A DNA stretch of 32,000 bases, from the NCBI RefSeq assembly GCF_000195855.1, contig NC_002677.1, positions 1,230,001 to 1,262,000 on the forward strand. Reading direction: 5' to 3'. Each line of letters starts with the position of its first letter. Position 1 is the stretch's first letter. The notes beneath the pieces were generated by a model, which saw only the letters and a list, made by a program, of their open reading frames with translations, did not search any database and was not told where the DNA came from. Below are positions 1-9,060 of the stretch, piece after piece. A program made the position numbers and the translations under genes. Source of the DNA: Mycobacterium leprae TN (GTDB taxonomy: Bacteria > Actinomycetota > Actinomycetes > Mycobacteriales > Mycobacteriaceae).

Positions 1-1
1 G

Positions 2-628
2 GCATTGTGGCGCTCGCTTGCTGTGACCAGCGGCGACATCGTGGTGTTCGTCGATTCTGACCTGATCAATCCGCATCCTATGTTTGTGCCGTGGCTGGTC
101 GGTCCGCTGCTCACCGGCGACGGCATTCACCTGGTCAAAGGTTTTTACCGGCGGCCACTAAACAGCAACGATGCGGGCGGCAGTGCTCGTGCCACCGGTG
201 GCGGCCGGGTCACCGAGTTGGTGGCCCGGCCGTTGTTGGCGTCGTTGCGGCCGCAGTTGGGATACGTGCTGCAGCCCCTGAGCGGCGAGTACGCAGCTAC
301 CCGCGAATTGCTGACAGCGTTGCCCTTTGCACCGGGCTATGGCGTGGAGATCGGCCTGCTGGTGGACACCTTTGATCGACTGGGTCTTGACGCGATCGCG
401 CAGGTAAACCTGGGCGTTCGAGCGCACCGTAACCGGCCGCTGGCTGAGTTGGGTGCCATGAGCCGTCAGGTGATTGCGACTTTGCTGTCGCGTTGCGGTA
501 TTCTCGACTCTGGGGTTGGGCTGACCCAATTCTTCGTCGACGAGTCCGACGGTGACGGGTACATCCGGCATACTTGGTCGGTGTCGCTGGCCGATCGGCC
601 AGCGATGAGCAGGTTGCGGCCGCGTTAA
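2..628 (+). CDS. gpgS: glucosyl-3-phosphoglycerate synthase, C-terminal ~208 aa (5' end lies outside the window)
   Basis: The frame is open from the window edge to TAA at 626-628. The translation (DIVVFVDSDL, GGGRVTELVARPLL, LSGEYAATRELL, PGYGVEIGLL) has the GT-A DxD motif and layout I recognise from mycobacterial GpgS (Rv1208). Downstream synteny with Rv1209 and tagA agrees. Confidence 0.85.
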   Translation, partial: ALWRSLAVTSGDIVVFVDSDLINPHPMFVPWLVGPLLTGDGIHLVKGFYRRPLNSNDAGGSARATGGGRVTELVARPLLASLRPQLGYVLQPLSGEYAATRELLTALPFAPGYGVEIGLLVDTFDRLGLDAIAQVNLGVRAHRNRPLAELGAMSRQVIATLLSRCGILDSGVGLTQFFVDESDGDGYIRHTWSVSLADRPAMSRLRPR

Positions 629-643
629 GGCAATATCGTTCCT

Positions 644-988
644 GTGGCGTTGGTTTTGTTGTACCTGGTGGTGTTGGTCCTCGTCGCGATCGTACTGTTT
701 GGCGCAGCCAGCCTACTTTTCGGTCGCGGTGAGCGGCTGCCGCCTTTGCCTCGCGGGACGACGGCGACGGTGTTGCCTGCGCATGGAGTCACCGGCGCTG
801 ATGTCGACGCTGTCAAGTTCACCCAGGTGTTGCGCGGGTACAAGCCCAGTGAGGTGGATTGGGTGCTGGACCGGCTCGGCCGCGAGCTCGAGGCGTTACG
901 TGGTCAGCTCGCGGCTATCGCCGACGCCGAAGCAGATGCCGATGTCTCGAATGTTCCCAGCGGGGACGACGGCCAGGATGTGACGTGA
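644..988 (+). CDS. small membrane-anchored DivIVA-domain protein (Rv1209-like)
   Basis: GTG start. An N-terminal hydrophobic helix (LVLLYLVVLVLVAIVLFGAASLLF) is followed by the DivIVA-type motif FTQVLRGYKPSEVDWVLDRL and a short coiled-coil tail. The stop overlaps the tagA start as GTGA. Confidence 0.75.
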   Translation: MALVLLYLVVLVLVAIVLFGAASLLFGRGERLPPLPRGTTATVLPAHGVTGADVDAVKFTQVLRGYKPSEVDWVLDRLGRELEALRGQLAAIADAEADADVSNVPSGDDGQDVT

Positions 989-1563
989 GCGACGATGGGC
1001 TGGTTCGCTGTGGCTGGGCGGACGTTCGATCCGGGCTCCACTGGCAGCTGTATCGCAACTATCACGACCAAGAGTGGGGCAGCCCAGTACGATGCGGAGT
1101 GGCCTTGTTCGAGCGGATGAGCCTGGAGGCCTTTCAGAGTGGTCTGTCGTGGCTGCTCATTCTGCGCAAACGGGAAAATTTCCGGCGCGCCTTCTCCGGG
1201 TTCGATATCGAAGAGGTAGCCCGTTATACCCATGCCGATGTGCAACGGTTGTTGTTCGATGACGGAATTGTGCGCAACCGCGTCAAGATCGAGGCGACAA
1301 TCGCCAACGCGCGTGCGGCCGCTGAGCTGGGGTCTGCAGCAGACTTGTCTGAGTTGCTGTGGTCATTCGCCCCACAGCCGCGGTCCAGGCCCGCTGACGG
1401 ATCCGAAATCCCTTCGACCAGTGCGGAAGCGAAGGCGATGGCGCGTGAATTGAAACGGCGCGGGTTCCGCTTCGTCGGGCCTACTACGGCCTATGCACTT
1501 ATGCAGGCTACGGGGATGGTTGACGATCACATCTGTACTTGCTGGGTGCCTCCAACACGGTGA
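985..1563 (+). CDS. tagA: DNA-3-methyladenine glycosylase I
   Basis: Tag-family motifs YHDQEWG, LEAFQSGLSW, ILRKRENFRRAF and IVRNRVKIEA are present. The listed ORF begins at 859, but that extension overlaps the upstream gene. GTG at 985 forms a GTGA stop/start junction and gives ~192 aa. Confidence 0.85.
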   Translation: MSDDGLVRCGWADVRSGLHWQLYRNYHDQEWGSPVRCGVALFERMSLEAFQSGLSWLLILRKRENFRRAFSGFDIEEVARYTHADVQRLLFDDGIVRNRVKIEATIANARAAAELGSAADLSELLWSFAPQPRSRPADGSEIPSTSAEAKAMARELKRRGFRFVGPTTAYALMQATGMVDDHICTCWVPPTR

Positions 1564-1836
1564 CCCCAACTTTCCGAACGGGCCACCGACGAGGCCTTGT
1601 TGTGGGGGGCACACCCAGCCGCGCAGCAGCGATGGAGCGAGCCGGGCAACTAGGCACAGCATCCTGGTTAAGCCCGAGAACCGGGTCTTTGTGCATTCAC
1701 CGACCTGAATAGGGAAGAATAGAGGGGTGATTTGGCAGTTCAATGTTGGGTATTACTGTAAATCCCCCGAGGGGGCATGCTCGGCGCCGAATGGGTCCGC
1801 GAGGGCGGGCCAGCTCGAGTTTGGAGGGAGCACACG

Positions 1837-2004
1837 ATGGCGGCGATGAAGCCTCGGACCGGAGACGGTCCTCTGGAAGCGACGAAGGAGGGGCGAGGTA
1901 TCGTGATGCGCGTACCATTAGAGGGTGGCGGACGACTCGTTGTCGAGTTGACACCGGACGAAGCCGCCGCTCTGAGTGACGAACTTAAGGGCGTCACCAG
2001 CTAA
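1837..2004 (+). CDS. small conserved actinobacterial protein, DUF3117 family (Rv1211-like)
   Basis: The core MAAMKPRTGDGPLEATKEGRGIVMRVPLEGGGRLVVELTPDEAAALSDELKGV matches the ~55-aa actinobacterial family as I recall it. ATG 1837 is preceded by GGAGGGA at 1823-1829. The ORF track starts earlier at 1777, which remains an alternative start. Confidence 0.7.
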   Translation: MAAMKPRTGDGPLEATKEGRGIVMRVPLEGGGRLVVELTPDEAAALSDELKGVTS

Positions 2005-3169
2005 ACCGGCCGTCTGGCAGGTAGTTTTGGTTGTGCACAACTTTCCGGTAGATGTCTAGCGTTTGTTCGGCGACGTGGGCCCAGGAGAGTTCCTTGATGC
2101 AGCGCCGGGGTCCGGCGTGACCATTAGCCTTCGGCTTTTCCTGGGTTGGCGACCAAATCATTGACTGCCGTGGCCAACCTGCCCTGGTAACCAGTCGGGT
2201 CGTCGGGGTTGTAATGCACCAGTGATCCGGTGATCCCGTCGGCGATTACTTCAGGTACACCGCCAACGTCGGGGGCCACTACTGCTGTAGCGCACGCCAT
2301 TGCCTCCAGGTTCACGATTCCTAACGGCTCGTGCACCGAAGGACACACGAAGACTGTTGCTGTCGAAAGTATTTCGCGCATCTTCCCGATGGGAAGCATT
2401 TCTCGGATGCAAAATACCTCGGTGCGATTGCGGGTTAGTTAGGAGACGGCGGTCCGCACTTTATTGTTTAACTCCAGGGTATCGGGAGTGCCGGCGTACA
2501 GCACCAGCTATACGTCCGGGCTAAACCGGTGCGCGGCTGTCGCCAGATGAGCGACACCCTTTCTGTCGGGTGATCCATCCGTCCCACGAACGCCACAGTG
2601 GGCCAGCTTGAGTCTATACCGAGCTCGGACAGTACCGGACCCGGGTCGGATGCTATACATCGCGTTCCAGATGACGTGCACCAGTCTCGGATCCAGCGTG
2701 GGATAGATCCGCAGCATACCGGAGCTAACCGCGATGATCGCATGAGCACCCAGCACCGCGGTGTGCTCGACCCACGTCGACACCCGGTAGCCGCTGTTGG
2801 ATTGTTCGGCTTTCCCTGGGCGCAGCGGCTCAAGTGAGTGTGCGGTCAGCGCATGGGGGATGTCGTAGAGCAACGCGGCAAGATGCCCAGCCAGACCGGT
2901 GTAACAGGTATATTAATACACGATGGTGGCCGCTGACGCGGTACTGGCCGTCATCAGATCCGACGACAAGGTAGGTAGACAGTGCCGCGTTGGCATCGTG
3001 GAACCGGCGGTCAGGCTGATGGTCCTGGGTGCCGGTGCGAGGTGCGTCCATGCAATGCGCATCGACCGCGCATAGTTGGCGCAGTTGTGCGACCAGTTCG
3101 GTGACGTGTACCCCCGGTCCCACCGTAGGACTCTGGCGGGTACTCCCGAGTCATCATGGCCACCCGCAT
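1994..3169 (-). pseudogene. glgA: GT4 glycosyltransferase glgA/glgM (Rv1212c-like), near full length but frameshifted
   Basis: The N-terminus MRVAMMTREYPPESYGG starts at ATG 3169, then shifts frame near 3122 to GPGVHVTELVAQLRQLCAVD. Middle segments are split between ORFs 2468-2833 and 2508-2873. The segment VFVCPSVHEPLGIVNLEAMACATAVVA ends at an in-frame stop near 2124. The tail RRCIKELSWAHVAEQTLDIYRKVV continues in another frame to TGA at 1994-1996. Confidence 0.8.
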
Positions 3170-3348
3170 ACCGGCTCACCGTAATGCGGTGACTCCGAAT
3201 TTGCGAGTGGTGCGTAAGTCGAGCCCGGGGAGAACCTGAACAGTGCGTCGAACCGAGCCAAATACCTTGACGGACAGGCACGTCAGGACGGCGCCGTCGA
3301 GGGATGCCCCCCTGGCAGCGGTGGGCAGCGGCCGATAGGTTTGGAGCC

Positions 3349-4563
3349 ATGAGGGAAGTGCCACAAGTGCTGGGCATTGTTTTGGCCGGTGGTGAGGGCA
3401 AACGGTTATATCCGCTGACCGCAGACCGGGCCAAACCCGCTGTTCCCTTCGGGGGCGCCTATCGGTTGGTTGATTTCGTACTTTCTAATCTAGTCAACGC
3501 CCGTTACCTGAGGATTTGTGTTCTCACACAATACAAGTCGCATTCCCTAGACCGCCACATTTCGCAGAATTGGCGATTGTCGGGCCTTGCCGGTGAGTAC
3601 ATTACCCCGGTGCCAGCACAGCAGCGGTTCGGCCCACACTGGTACACTGGCTCGGCGGACGCGATCTATCAATCACTCAACCTCATTTATGACGAAGACC
3701 CTGACTATCTAGTGGTTTTCGGAGCTGACCACGTGTACCGGATGGACCCCGAGCAGATGCTCCGGTTCCACATCGGCAGCGGGGCCGGTGCCACGGTGGC
3801 TGGCATTCGCGTTCCGCGCAGCGACGCTACAGCGTTTGGTTGCATTGACGCTGACGACTCCGGCCGTATTCGCCGTTTCACTGAGAAGCCGCTCAAACCG
3901 CCCGGGACACCGGACGATCCCGATAAGACGTTTGTTTCGATGGGCAACTACATCTTCACCACCAAGGTGCTCGTCGACGCGATTCGCGCTGACGCCGATG
4001 ACGATCACTCGTATCACGACATGGGCGGCGACATCCTTCCGCGGCTGGTGGACGGCGGGATGGCCGCGGTGTATGACTTTTCCCAAAACGAAGTGCCTGG
4101 CGCTACCGACTGGGACCGCGCTTATTGGCGCGACGTTGGTACGCTGGACGCTTTTTATGACGCCCACATGGATCTGGTGTCGTTGCGTCCGGTGTTTAAT
4201 CTTTACAACAAGCGTTGGCCGATTCGTGGCGAATCGGAAAATCTGGCGCCGGCGAAGTTTGTCAACGGTGGTTCCGTTCAGGAATCGGTGGTGGGTGCAG
4301 GGAGTATCATTTCGGCGGCTTCGGTACGTAATTCGGTGCTGTCGTCGAATGTCGTGGTCGACAACGGCGCGATCGTGGAGGGCAGTGTCATCATGCCGGG
4401 TGCTCGGGTTGGCCGCGGCGCAGTGATACGCCACGCGATCTTGGATAAGAACGTCGTCGTCGGGCCTGGCGAGATGGTTGGCGTGGATCCCGAGAGAGAT
4501 CGGGAACACTTTGCGATTAGTGCTGGCGGAGTAGTCGTGGTCGGCAAGGGTGTGTGGATTTAG
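3349..4563 (+). CDS. glgC: glucose-1-phosphate adenylyltransferase (ADP-glucose pyrophosphorylase)
   Basis: An uninterrupted 404 codons run from ATG 3349. The N-terminal loop [16 protein letters not shown], the motifs [10 protein letters not shown] and YWRDVGT, and a C-terminal left-handed beta-helix repeat region are present. The ORF-track start at 3304 adds 15 non-conserved residues. Confidence 0.9.
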   Translation: MREVPQVLGIVLAGGEGKRLYPLTADRAKPAVPFGGAYRLVDFVLSNLVNARYLRICVLTQYKSHSLDRHISQNWRLSGLAGEYITPVPAQQRFGPHWYTGSADAIYQSLNLIYDEDPDYLVVFGADHVYRMDPEQMLRFHIGSGAGATVAGIRVPRSDATAFGCIDADDSGRIRRFTEKPLKPPGTPDDPDKTFVSMGNYIFTTKVLVDAIRADADDDHSYHDMGGDILPRLVDGGMAAVYDFSQNEVPGATDWDRAYWRDVGTLDAFYDAHMDLVSLRPVFNLYNKRWPIRGESENLAPAKFVNGGSVQESVVGAGSIISAASVRNSVLSSNVVVDNGAIVEGSVIMPGARVGRGAVIRHAILDKNVVVGPGEMVGVDPERDREHFAISAGGVVVVGKGVWI

Positions 4564-4593
4564 CTCGGTGCTAGCTAGGCCAGTTGTTGAGCT

Positions 4594-4625
4594 GTGTCGA
4601 CATGTTTGTCGAAGCCTATCGACAC
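4594..4625. promoter_or_regulatory. candidate TetR operator: three TGTCGA/TCGACA half-sites directly upstream of the TetR gene
   Basis: GTGTCGA (4594-4600) and TCGACAC (4619-4625) form an inverted repeat. A third direct copy, TGTCGA, lies at 4607-4612. A TAAGCT -10-like hexamer at 4631-4636 abuts the ATG. Function is inferred only from position. Confidence 0.3.
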
Positions 4626-4636
4626 TTGGGTAAGCT

Positions 4637-5290
4637 ATGATCGTGGTTGGTAATTTTACGCAGAGCAATTACGTGCCTGCGTCGCGAGGCCGTCGGTCGT
4701 CGCAGCTCTCCGGCGACGACCGAGAACAGGCAATCCTGGCCGTTGCTGAACGGCTCCTGGCGGAGCGGCCACTGGGTGACTTTTCCGTCGATGAACTAGC
4801 CAAAGGCGCCGGAATCTCGCGCCCAACCTTTTATTTCTACTTCCCGTCAAAGAACGCGGTGTTGTTGTCGCTGCTTGATGATCTGAATATGAAGTCACGC
4901 TCGGCGGTTGAAGCACTCGCTGAACAGCTGCCCGCGGACCCCGCCGCGGTCTGGCGGTCCGCAATCACGGCGTTCTTCGAGGTGTGCGGGACTCACCGAG
5001 CGGTGGCTGTTGCTGGTGCCGCGGCCAAAGCCACTAGCCCTGAGGTACGCCGGCTGTGGTCCACAGTCATGCAGCAGTGGATCGACTACAACACAGCTGC
5101 GATTCAGGCTGAGCGCAAGTGCGGCGTAGCCCCCGACACCATTCCCGCCGAGGATCTGGCTGTGGCGCTGCAATTAATGACCGAACGCGTGATGGCCGCG
5201 ACATTCTCCGACGAAAAGCCGTTGATCCCCGATAAGAAAGTTATCGACACGCTCGTGCATATCTGGTTGGCCAGCATTTACGGCAGTTGA
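4637..5290 (+). CDS. TetR-family transcriptional repressor, closely EthR-like
   Basis: The 217-aa product contains RGRRSSQLSGDDREQAILAVAERLLAERPLGDFSVDELAKGAGISRPTFYFYFPSKNAVLLSLLD and DTLVHIWLASIYG. These track the M. tuberculosis EthR (Rv3855) sequence as I remember it along the whole length. No monooxygenase gene is adjacent. Confidence 0.85.
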   Translation: MIVVGNFTQSNYVPASRGRRSSQLSGDDREQAILAVAERLLAERPLGDFSVDELAKGAGISRPTFYFYFPSKNAVLLSLLDDLNMKSRSAVEALAEQLPADPAAVWRSAITAFFEVCGTHRAVAVAGAAAKATSPEVRRLWSTVMQQWIDYNTAAIQAERKCGVAPDTIPAEDLAVALQLMTERVMAATFSDEKPLIPDKKVIDTLVHIWLASIYGS

Positions 5291-5835
5291 CCGCGCACCA
5301 TACGTAAGGCGCCAGCCGATAGCGCACCTGCTGTGTGTATTGGCGGTATCCGCTCAATTCTTGGGTAAAGCTACCTTCTCCTCGTCGCGGATGCGGAAGA
5401 CGGGCACCGCCACACCGGGGATGACCAGCAGCCCCAGTAGGACCCGAGCGCCAGCGGTACGCCCCCTTGCCATGAATCACGTTGCCGACATACATCGGGT
5501 GCCGGATGAACTTGTATATACCGCCAACGCTCATCGTCTGGCCAGCTTCCACGGTGACGGTGGTTGCCGCATAGCCGTTCTGGATGACTACCAACACCGT
5601 GATACCGAGCCTGGCTGCTACCAACGCATCACCCTGCAAGGACACCCAGGTACCTACCTACCAATCGGTCTAATGCGCTCAAAATCATCATCGCGAACAG
5701 GTCCATAACCGACATCGGTGATGACGATCTTTTACACGGCTTTGCCTTCCGCTTGTGGGCCGGTGTACATACGTCGCCAACGTAACAAGGTTCAATCGGG
5801 CCAAGTCCAAGTGGAGTCTTGATGATGCTTTGCAC
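5241..5835 (-). pseudogene. isoprenylcysteine carboxyl methyltransferase / PEMT-like membrane methyltransferase remnant
   Basis: The family motif GGIYKFIRHPMYVGNVI and the tail ELSGYRQYTQQVRYRLAPYVW are in frame, but the stretch between them is not membrane-like, which suggests a double frameshift. The N-terminal part lies in another frame (ORF 5629-5835). The normal stop after YVW is lost, so the frame runs 50 bp into the convergent TetR gene. Confidence 0.55.
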
Positions 5836-5864
5836 CTACCTGTTTTTCGTTCTGCTGAGCCAAC

Positions 5865-6772
5865 CTAATTACATAGATCGCATCTTTGGAAAGCCTTGGT
5901 TACCAATGTTATTAGCACGGCATCGATCGCCAACAGCCAAAGCAAAGGTACGATGGTGAAGTCACCGCCGCCAACCCAAGGAACGTGTGTGAATGTGAAT
6001 GGTTCCAGATCGAACACCCACTGCGAGAATCCAGCCAATGAACCGATCAAGTAAAACGCGAAGAATGCGATCAGCACTACCCATGGCACAGGAGTGAACC
6101 GCCTTGCTAAATTCAGCAATTGGACTTTTACTGCGGTCAACAACCAGATAGCGGTCAGCTGCACGGTCGCGGTGCCGGCCATTATGGCCACCATGCCGTC
6201 GACGTTACCCGCTGTGGCACTGTAGACGAGAACGGACGCTAGTCTCTGCGACCAACTTTGCTGCCGAGGATCCAACCAAATTATCGCTTAAATAATTTGC
6301 TAGACAACGGGTTCAGAAAAAAAGAACTGGCCACGCTATCTCGGTACGCTGACTGGATTCTTTCTGGTGCAGTCGCAGGGTAAGCGAGGTGGTGAACGCG
6401 TCAGCAACCATGCCCATCATTGTGAACGCCACCGCGATGAGCAAGTGGAACATTCCTGCTTTCCGGATGTCTGCCGCTCTAAGGCTGTTGTTGTAGATCT
6501 GCCCGTAGGGGGTGTGCTGGGTCGGGCTGGCCATGATTGATGGAATCCGCGAATTCGGCATGGGCGGCCTCAGTTAGGTAGATCATCGAGATGCTTCCCA
6601 CATACACGCTGGCCAGTGGCGGAGACAGCAGCAACACCCACAAGCGGCAACACGACTCGATCACGCCGCAGATACAGCCGGTAGCCTCCCAAGCGGGCCA
6701 GAGAAGTTTGAGCCGACTAGCGGGCGCCGCGTGCGCCAGATAGTGCAATCGATCCAGGGTTGCGGTGCTCAT
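5865..6772 (-). pseudogene. ABC-2 type exporter permease remnants (Rv1216c/Rv1217c-like), shortened and fragmented
   Basis: ORF 5865-6275 encodes a typical permease C-terminus (multiple TM helices, then LEPFTFTHVP and KAFQRCDL). Fragments in other frames lie at 6313-6561 and 6479-6772. About 0.9 kb remains where two permease genes would be expected. Confidence 0.55.
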
Positions 6773-7253
6773 AACGTCGACCCTCTCTTACCGCTATGTT
6801 CGCGCTGGTCGGTGTCTTCAATTGTCTGAAATGTTGTAGTGGCGCAAGAAGGGTTTTTTAAGAATCGGTGGCTGGCGGATCAGGCTGCGTACACCGGCGT
6901 AACCGAATATCCGGATCTAGTTCCTAGAGGATTTGACTGTTGACCTGGGCGCTCAGCGTGTTGCCGTCGACGCTCTCGTCCTAGACACCCTGGATCCAGT
7001 TTATATTTTCCAGGATCGCAGATAATTTCGGCTTTGATCGAGGTTCGGCTCAGGTGCCGCAGAGAGGTCAGAGAACCGCTCTTGACGATCTTACTGGCTC
7101 GGATGATGGTCACTCGTCGGCACAGTGCCTCTGGTTCGGTCAGGATGTGGCTGGACAACAGCATCGTCACGCCGCGGTTGCACGCTTCGGCAACGCAAAT
7201 GTTCAAACATGTTATCCATCAACGAGTCGAAGCCGGTGCCCGGCTCGTCTAAG

Positions 7254-7268
7254 AGTAGTAGTGGTAGT
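7254..7268. repeat. imperfect trinucleotide repeat (AGT)3-GGT-AGT
   Basis: Read directly from the sequence. On the minus strand it supplies the Leu run that precedes the Walker B DEP of the dead ATPase gene. Confidence 0.9.
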
Positions 7269-7527
7269 CGGGCTCGTGAGGAAAAGGAAAGAAATCCGTG
7301 AAGTCTTTTTCCAGTTGTTTTTCGAGTAGGTGCGTGCTTTCTTATGTGGGTCAAGGTCGAAGCGCTTTAGTAGCTCGTCGCGCTAACTCTCGTCGATGCC
7401 GCCACGCATGCGGTCCAGCAAATCGATAGTTTCGGTTTCGGTTAGCGAAGACCACAGCGTGACAATTCCTGGCACATAAGCGATCTTCCGGTGAAATTCT
7501 ACGGGGTCGGTCCAAGTGTCGCCGCCG

Positions 7528-7542
7528 AGTAGTAGTAGTAGT
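7528..7542. repeat. perfect trinucleotide microsatellite (AGT)5
   Basis: agtagtagtagtagt is read directly at 7528-7542. In the ancestral minus-strand frame it reads as CTA Leu codons (LLLLGGD). Confidence 0.95.
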
Positions 7543-7692
7543 GTTTTCGCTGTCAGTATTAGCCAAAACCAGTAGGATGTGGATGGTGGTACACTTCTCG
7601 GTGCTATTAGGTCCGAGGAAGCCGTGCATCTGTCCTGTGTGCACCGTTAGGTCAAGTTCATCCAATGCACACAATTAAACAGGAACTCTTGG

Positions 7693-8385
7693 TCAGCTTA
7701 CGATTTCGATAGGTTCTGAGAGCTGGTATTCGATTCTCCCGTCAATCGGTCGGCGTAGATTTCCAGTGGAGGGCAGTAGGATTTCGCGTGCATAGTCGCG
7801 TAGTAACTCACGCAGTTCCGTTGAATTTTCGTGTATATGCAGATACAGCAGGTAGCTACTGCTACCCGTTATCGCCAGATACTTTGCCCTGGTTTGGGGA
7901 TCGCGACTTGGCTTACGCGTTTCAGATGCGTACTTCCTCGTCAAGGTACACTTTGTCGTCATCCATTATTTTGTGCAGCAATATAGTTGCTCATTCATCG
8001 CCAGATTGCATACTTGTGCACCCAGTAGGTTATCAGCGGTGTGTAAGACTTGACCTCGGCTACTTGCGCAAGCCATGTCGCCGGGTTGCGGACTACATCG
8101 CTGGCCGACTTGCCGCTGCAGACCTCTTTAACGAGGTAGGCATCGCACGCTTTGTGACGGCCGTCCTTGAAGCCGAAAGTGGTGGATGACCAGCGACGCG
8201 CCTATCCCCCTGCTTCGGCGATGGCGCGCAAACTGGCTTCGAAGTTGTGTTCGCCGAACAACTCGATGACTGCATCGCGGATCCGAGCGGCAGCGGTCAG
8301 ATCGACTGAACATTGTGTGTTGGATGCTAAACGTGCGTTCAGTTCTCGGTCAATGATGTGGTGCGTTAGGAATCCGTAAAATTGG
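7693..8385 (-). pseudogene. TetR-family regulator remnant (Rv1219c-like), upstream of the dead ABC exporter genes
   Basis: ORF 8202-8414 carries a TetR-type HTH N-terminus (AAARIRDAVIELFGEHNFEASLRAIAEAGG). The reading then breaks into short ORFs in all three minus frames (8128-8313, 8093-8275, 7693-7962). Confidence 0.5.
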
Positions 8386-9060
8386 TTATTCGCGGACTGC
8401 GGCCAGCAGCCCATCGCCGAGTGGCACCAGCGCAGGGGTGAGTCGCTCGTTTTCGGCGATGAGTCGGGCTGCCTCGCGAACCGCGGTCACCTCGGCATCG
8501 CGTGCCGCGGGATCACCGGCCCGCCCGCCTAACGCCGCTCGGTGCACCACGATGATCCCGCAAGATCGCAGCAGTCGCACGCCCTCGACGACGTAAGCCG
8601 GCTGGTCGATCGGGTCGGCGTCGATGAACACCAGGTCATAGGATTCGTCCGCGAGCCGGGTCAGTACATCTTGGCCGCGGCCGCTGATTAGCCGGGTACG
8701 CGACGGCCCAATACCCGCCTCGGAGAATGCCTGCTTGGCCAGCCGCAGATACTCGGGCTCGATATCGATTGTGGTCAAGACACCGTCGTAGCTCATGCCA
8801 GACAACAACCATAGTCCGCTGACTCCGGCACCGGTACCGACCTCAGCGACGGCTTTGCCGCCGCTGAGCTTGGTCAGCAGGCTCAATAGTGCCCCGACCG
8901 CGGGTGTTACCGCCCTGGCGCCGATCTCTTCGGAGCGCTCGCGTGCGCTGGCCAGGATGGCGTCTTCTGATATCGACCCCTCTGCGTGTGCGAAGAGTGA
9001 ATCGGCTCGACTGGCGGCCGCTTGGTCGGGGGTGACCGCATTGTTACCGGTACCGTACAT
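8386..9060 (-). CDS. SAM-dependent O-methyltransferase (class I, caffeoyl-CoA OMT-like; Rv1220c-like)
   Basis: Intact 224 aa. It carries the SAM-binding motif [15 protein letters not shown], an acidic loop TTIDIEPE, and DLVFIDAD. Confidence 0.85.
   Translation of the reverse strand: MYGTGNNAVTPDQAAASRADSLFAHAEGSISEDAILASARERSEEIGARAVTPAVGALLSLLTKLSGGKAVAEVGTGAGVSGLWLLSGMSYDGVLTTIDIEPEYLRLAKQAFSEAGIGPSRTRLISGRGQDVLTRLADESYDLVFIDADPIDQPAYVVEGVRLLRSCGIIVVHRAALGGRAGDPAARDAEVTAVREAARLIAENERLTPALVPLGDGLLAAVRE

Larger units (their letters stand above)
6880..7674 (-). pseudogene. ABC transporter ATP-binding subunit remnant (Rv1218c-like)
   Basis: A degenerate Walker A reads [14 protein letters not shown]. 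The next part reads [51 protein letters not shown] followed by a stop, in a second frame. Walker B LLLLDEPGTGFD and the segment [19 protein letters not shown] lie in further frames. Confidence 0.75.

Noticed and set aside
1764-1775. CCCCC-GA-GGGGG palindrome as a terminator or riboswitch element
   Set aside because: The 2-nt loop is sterically too tight for a stable RNA hairpin, and no U tract follows. I noted it only as context for the DUF3117 start-site question.
3709-4668. 319-aa ORF on the minus strand
   Set aside because: It is entirely antisense to the well-supported glgC gene. Its Arg/His/Val-rich composition is typical of shadow ORFs in GC-rich DNA, and it has no recognisable motifs.
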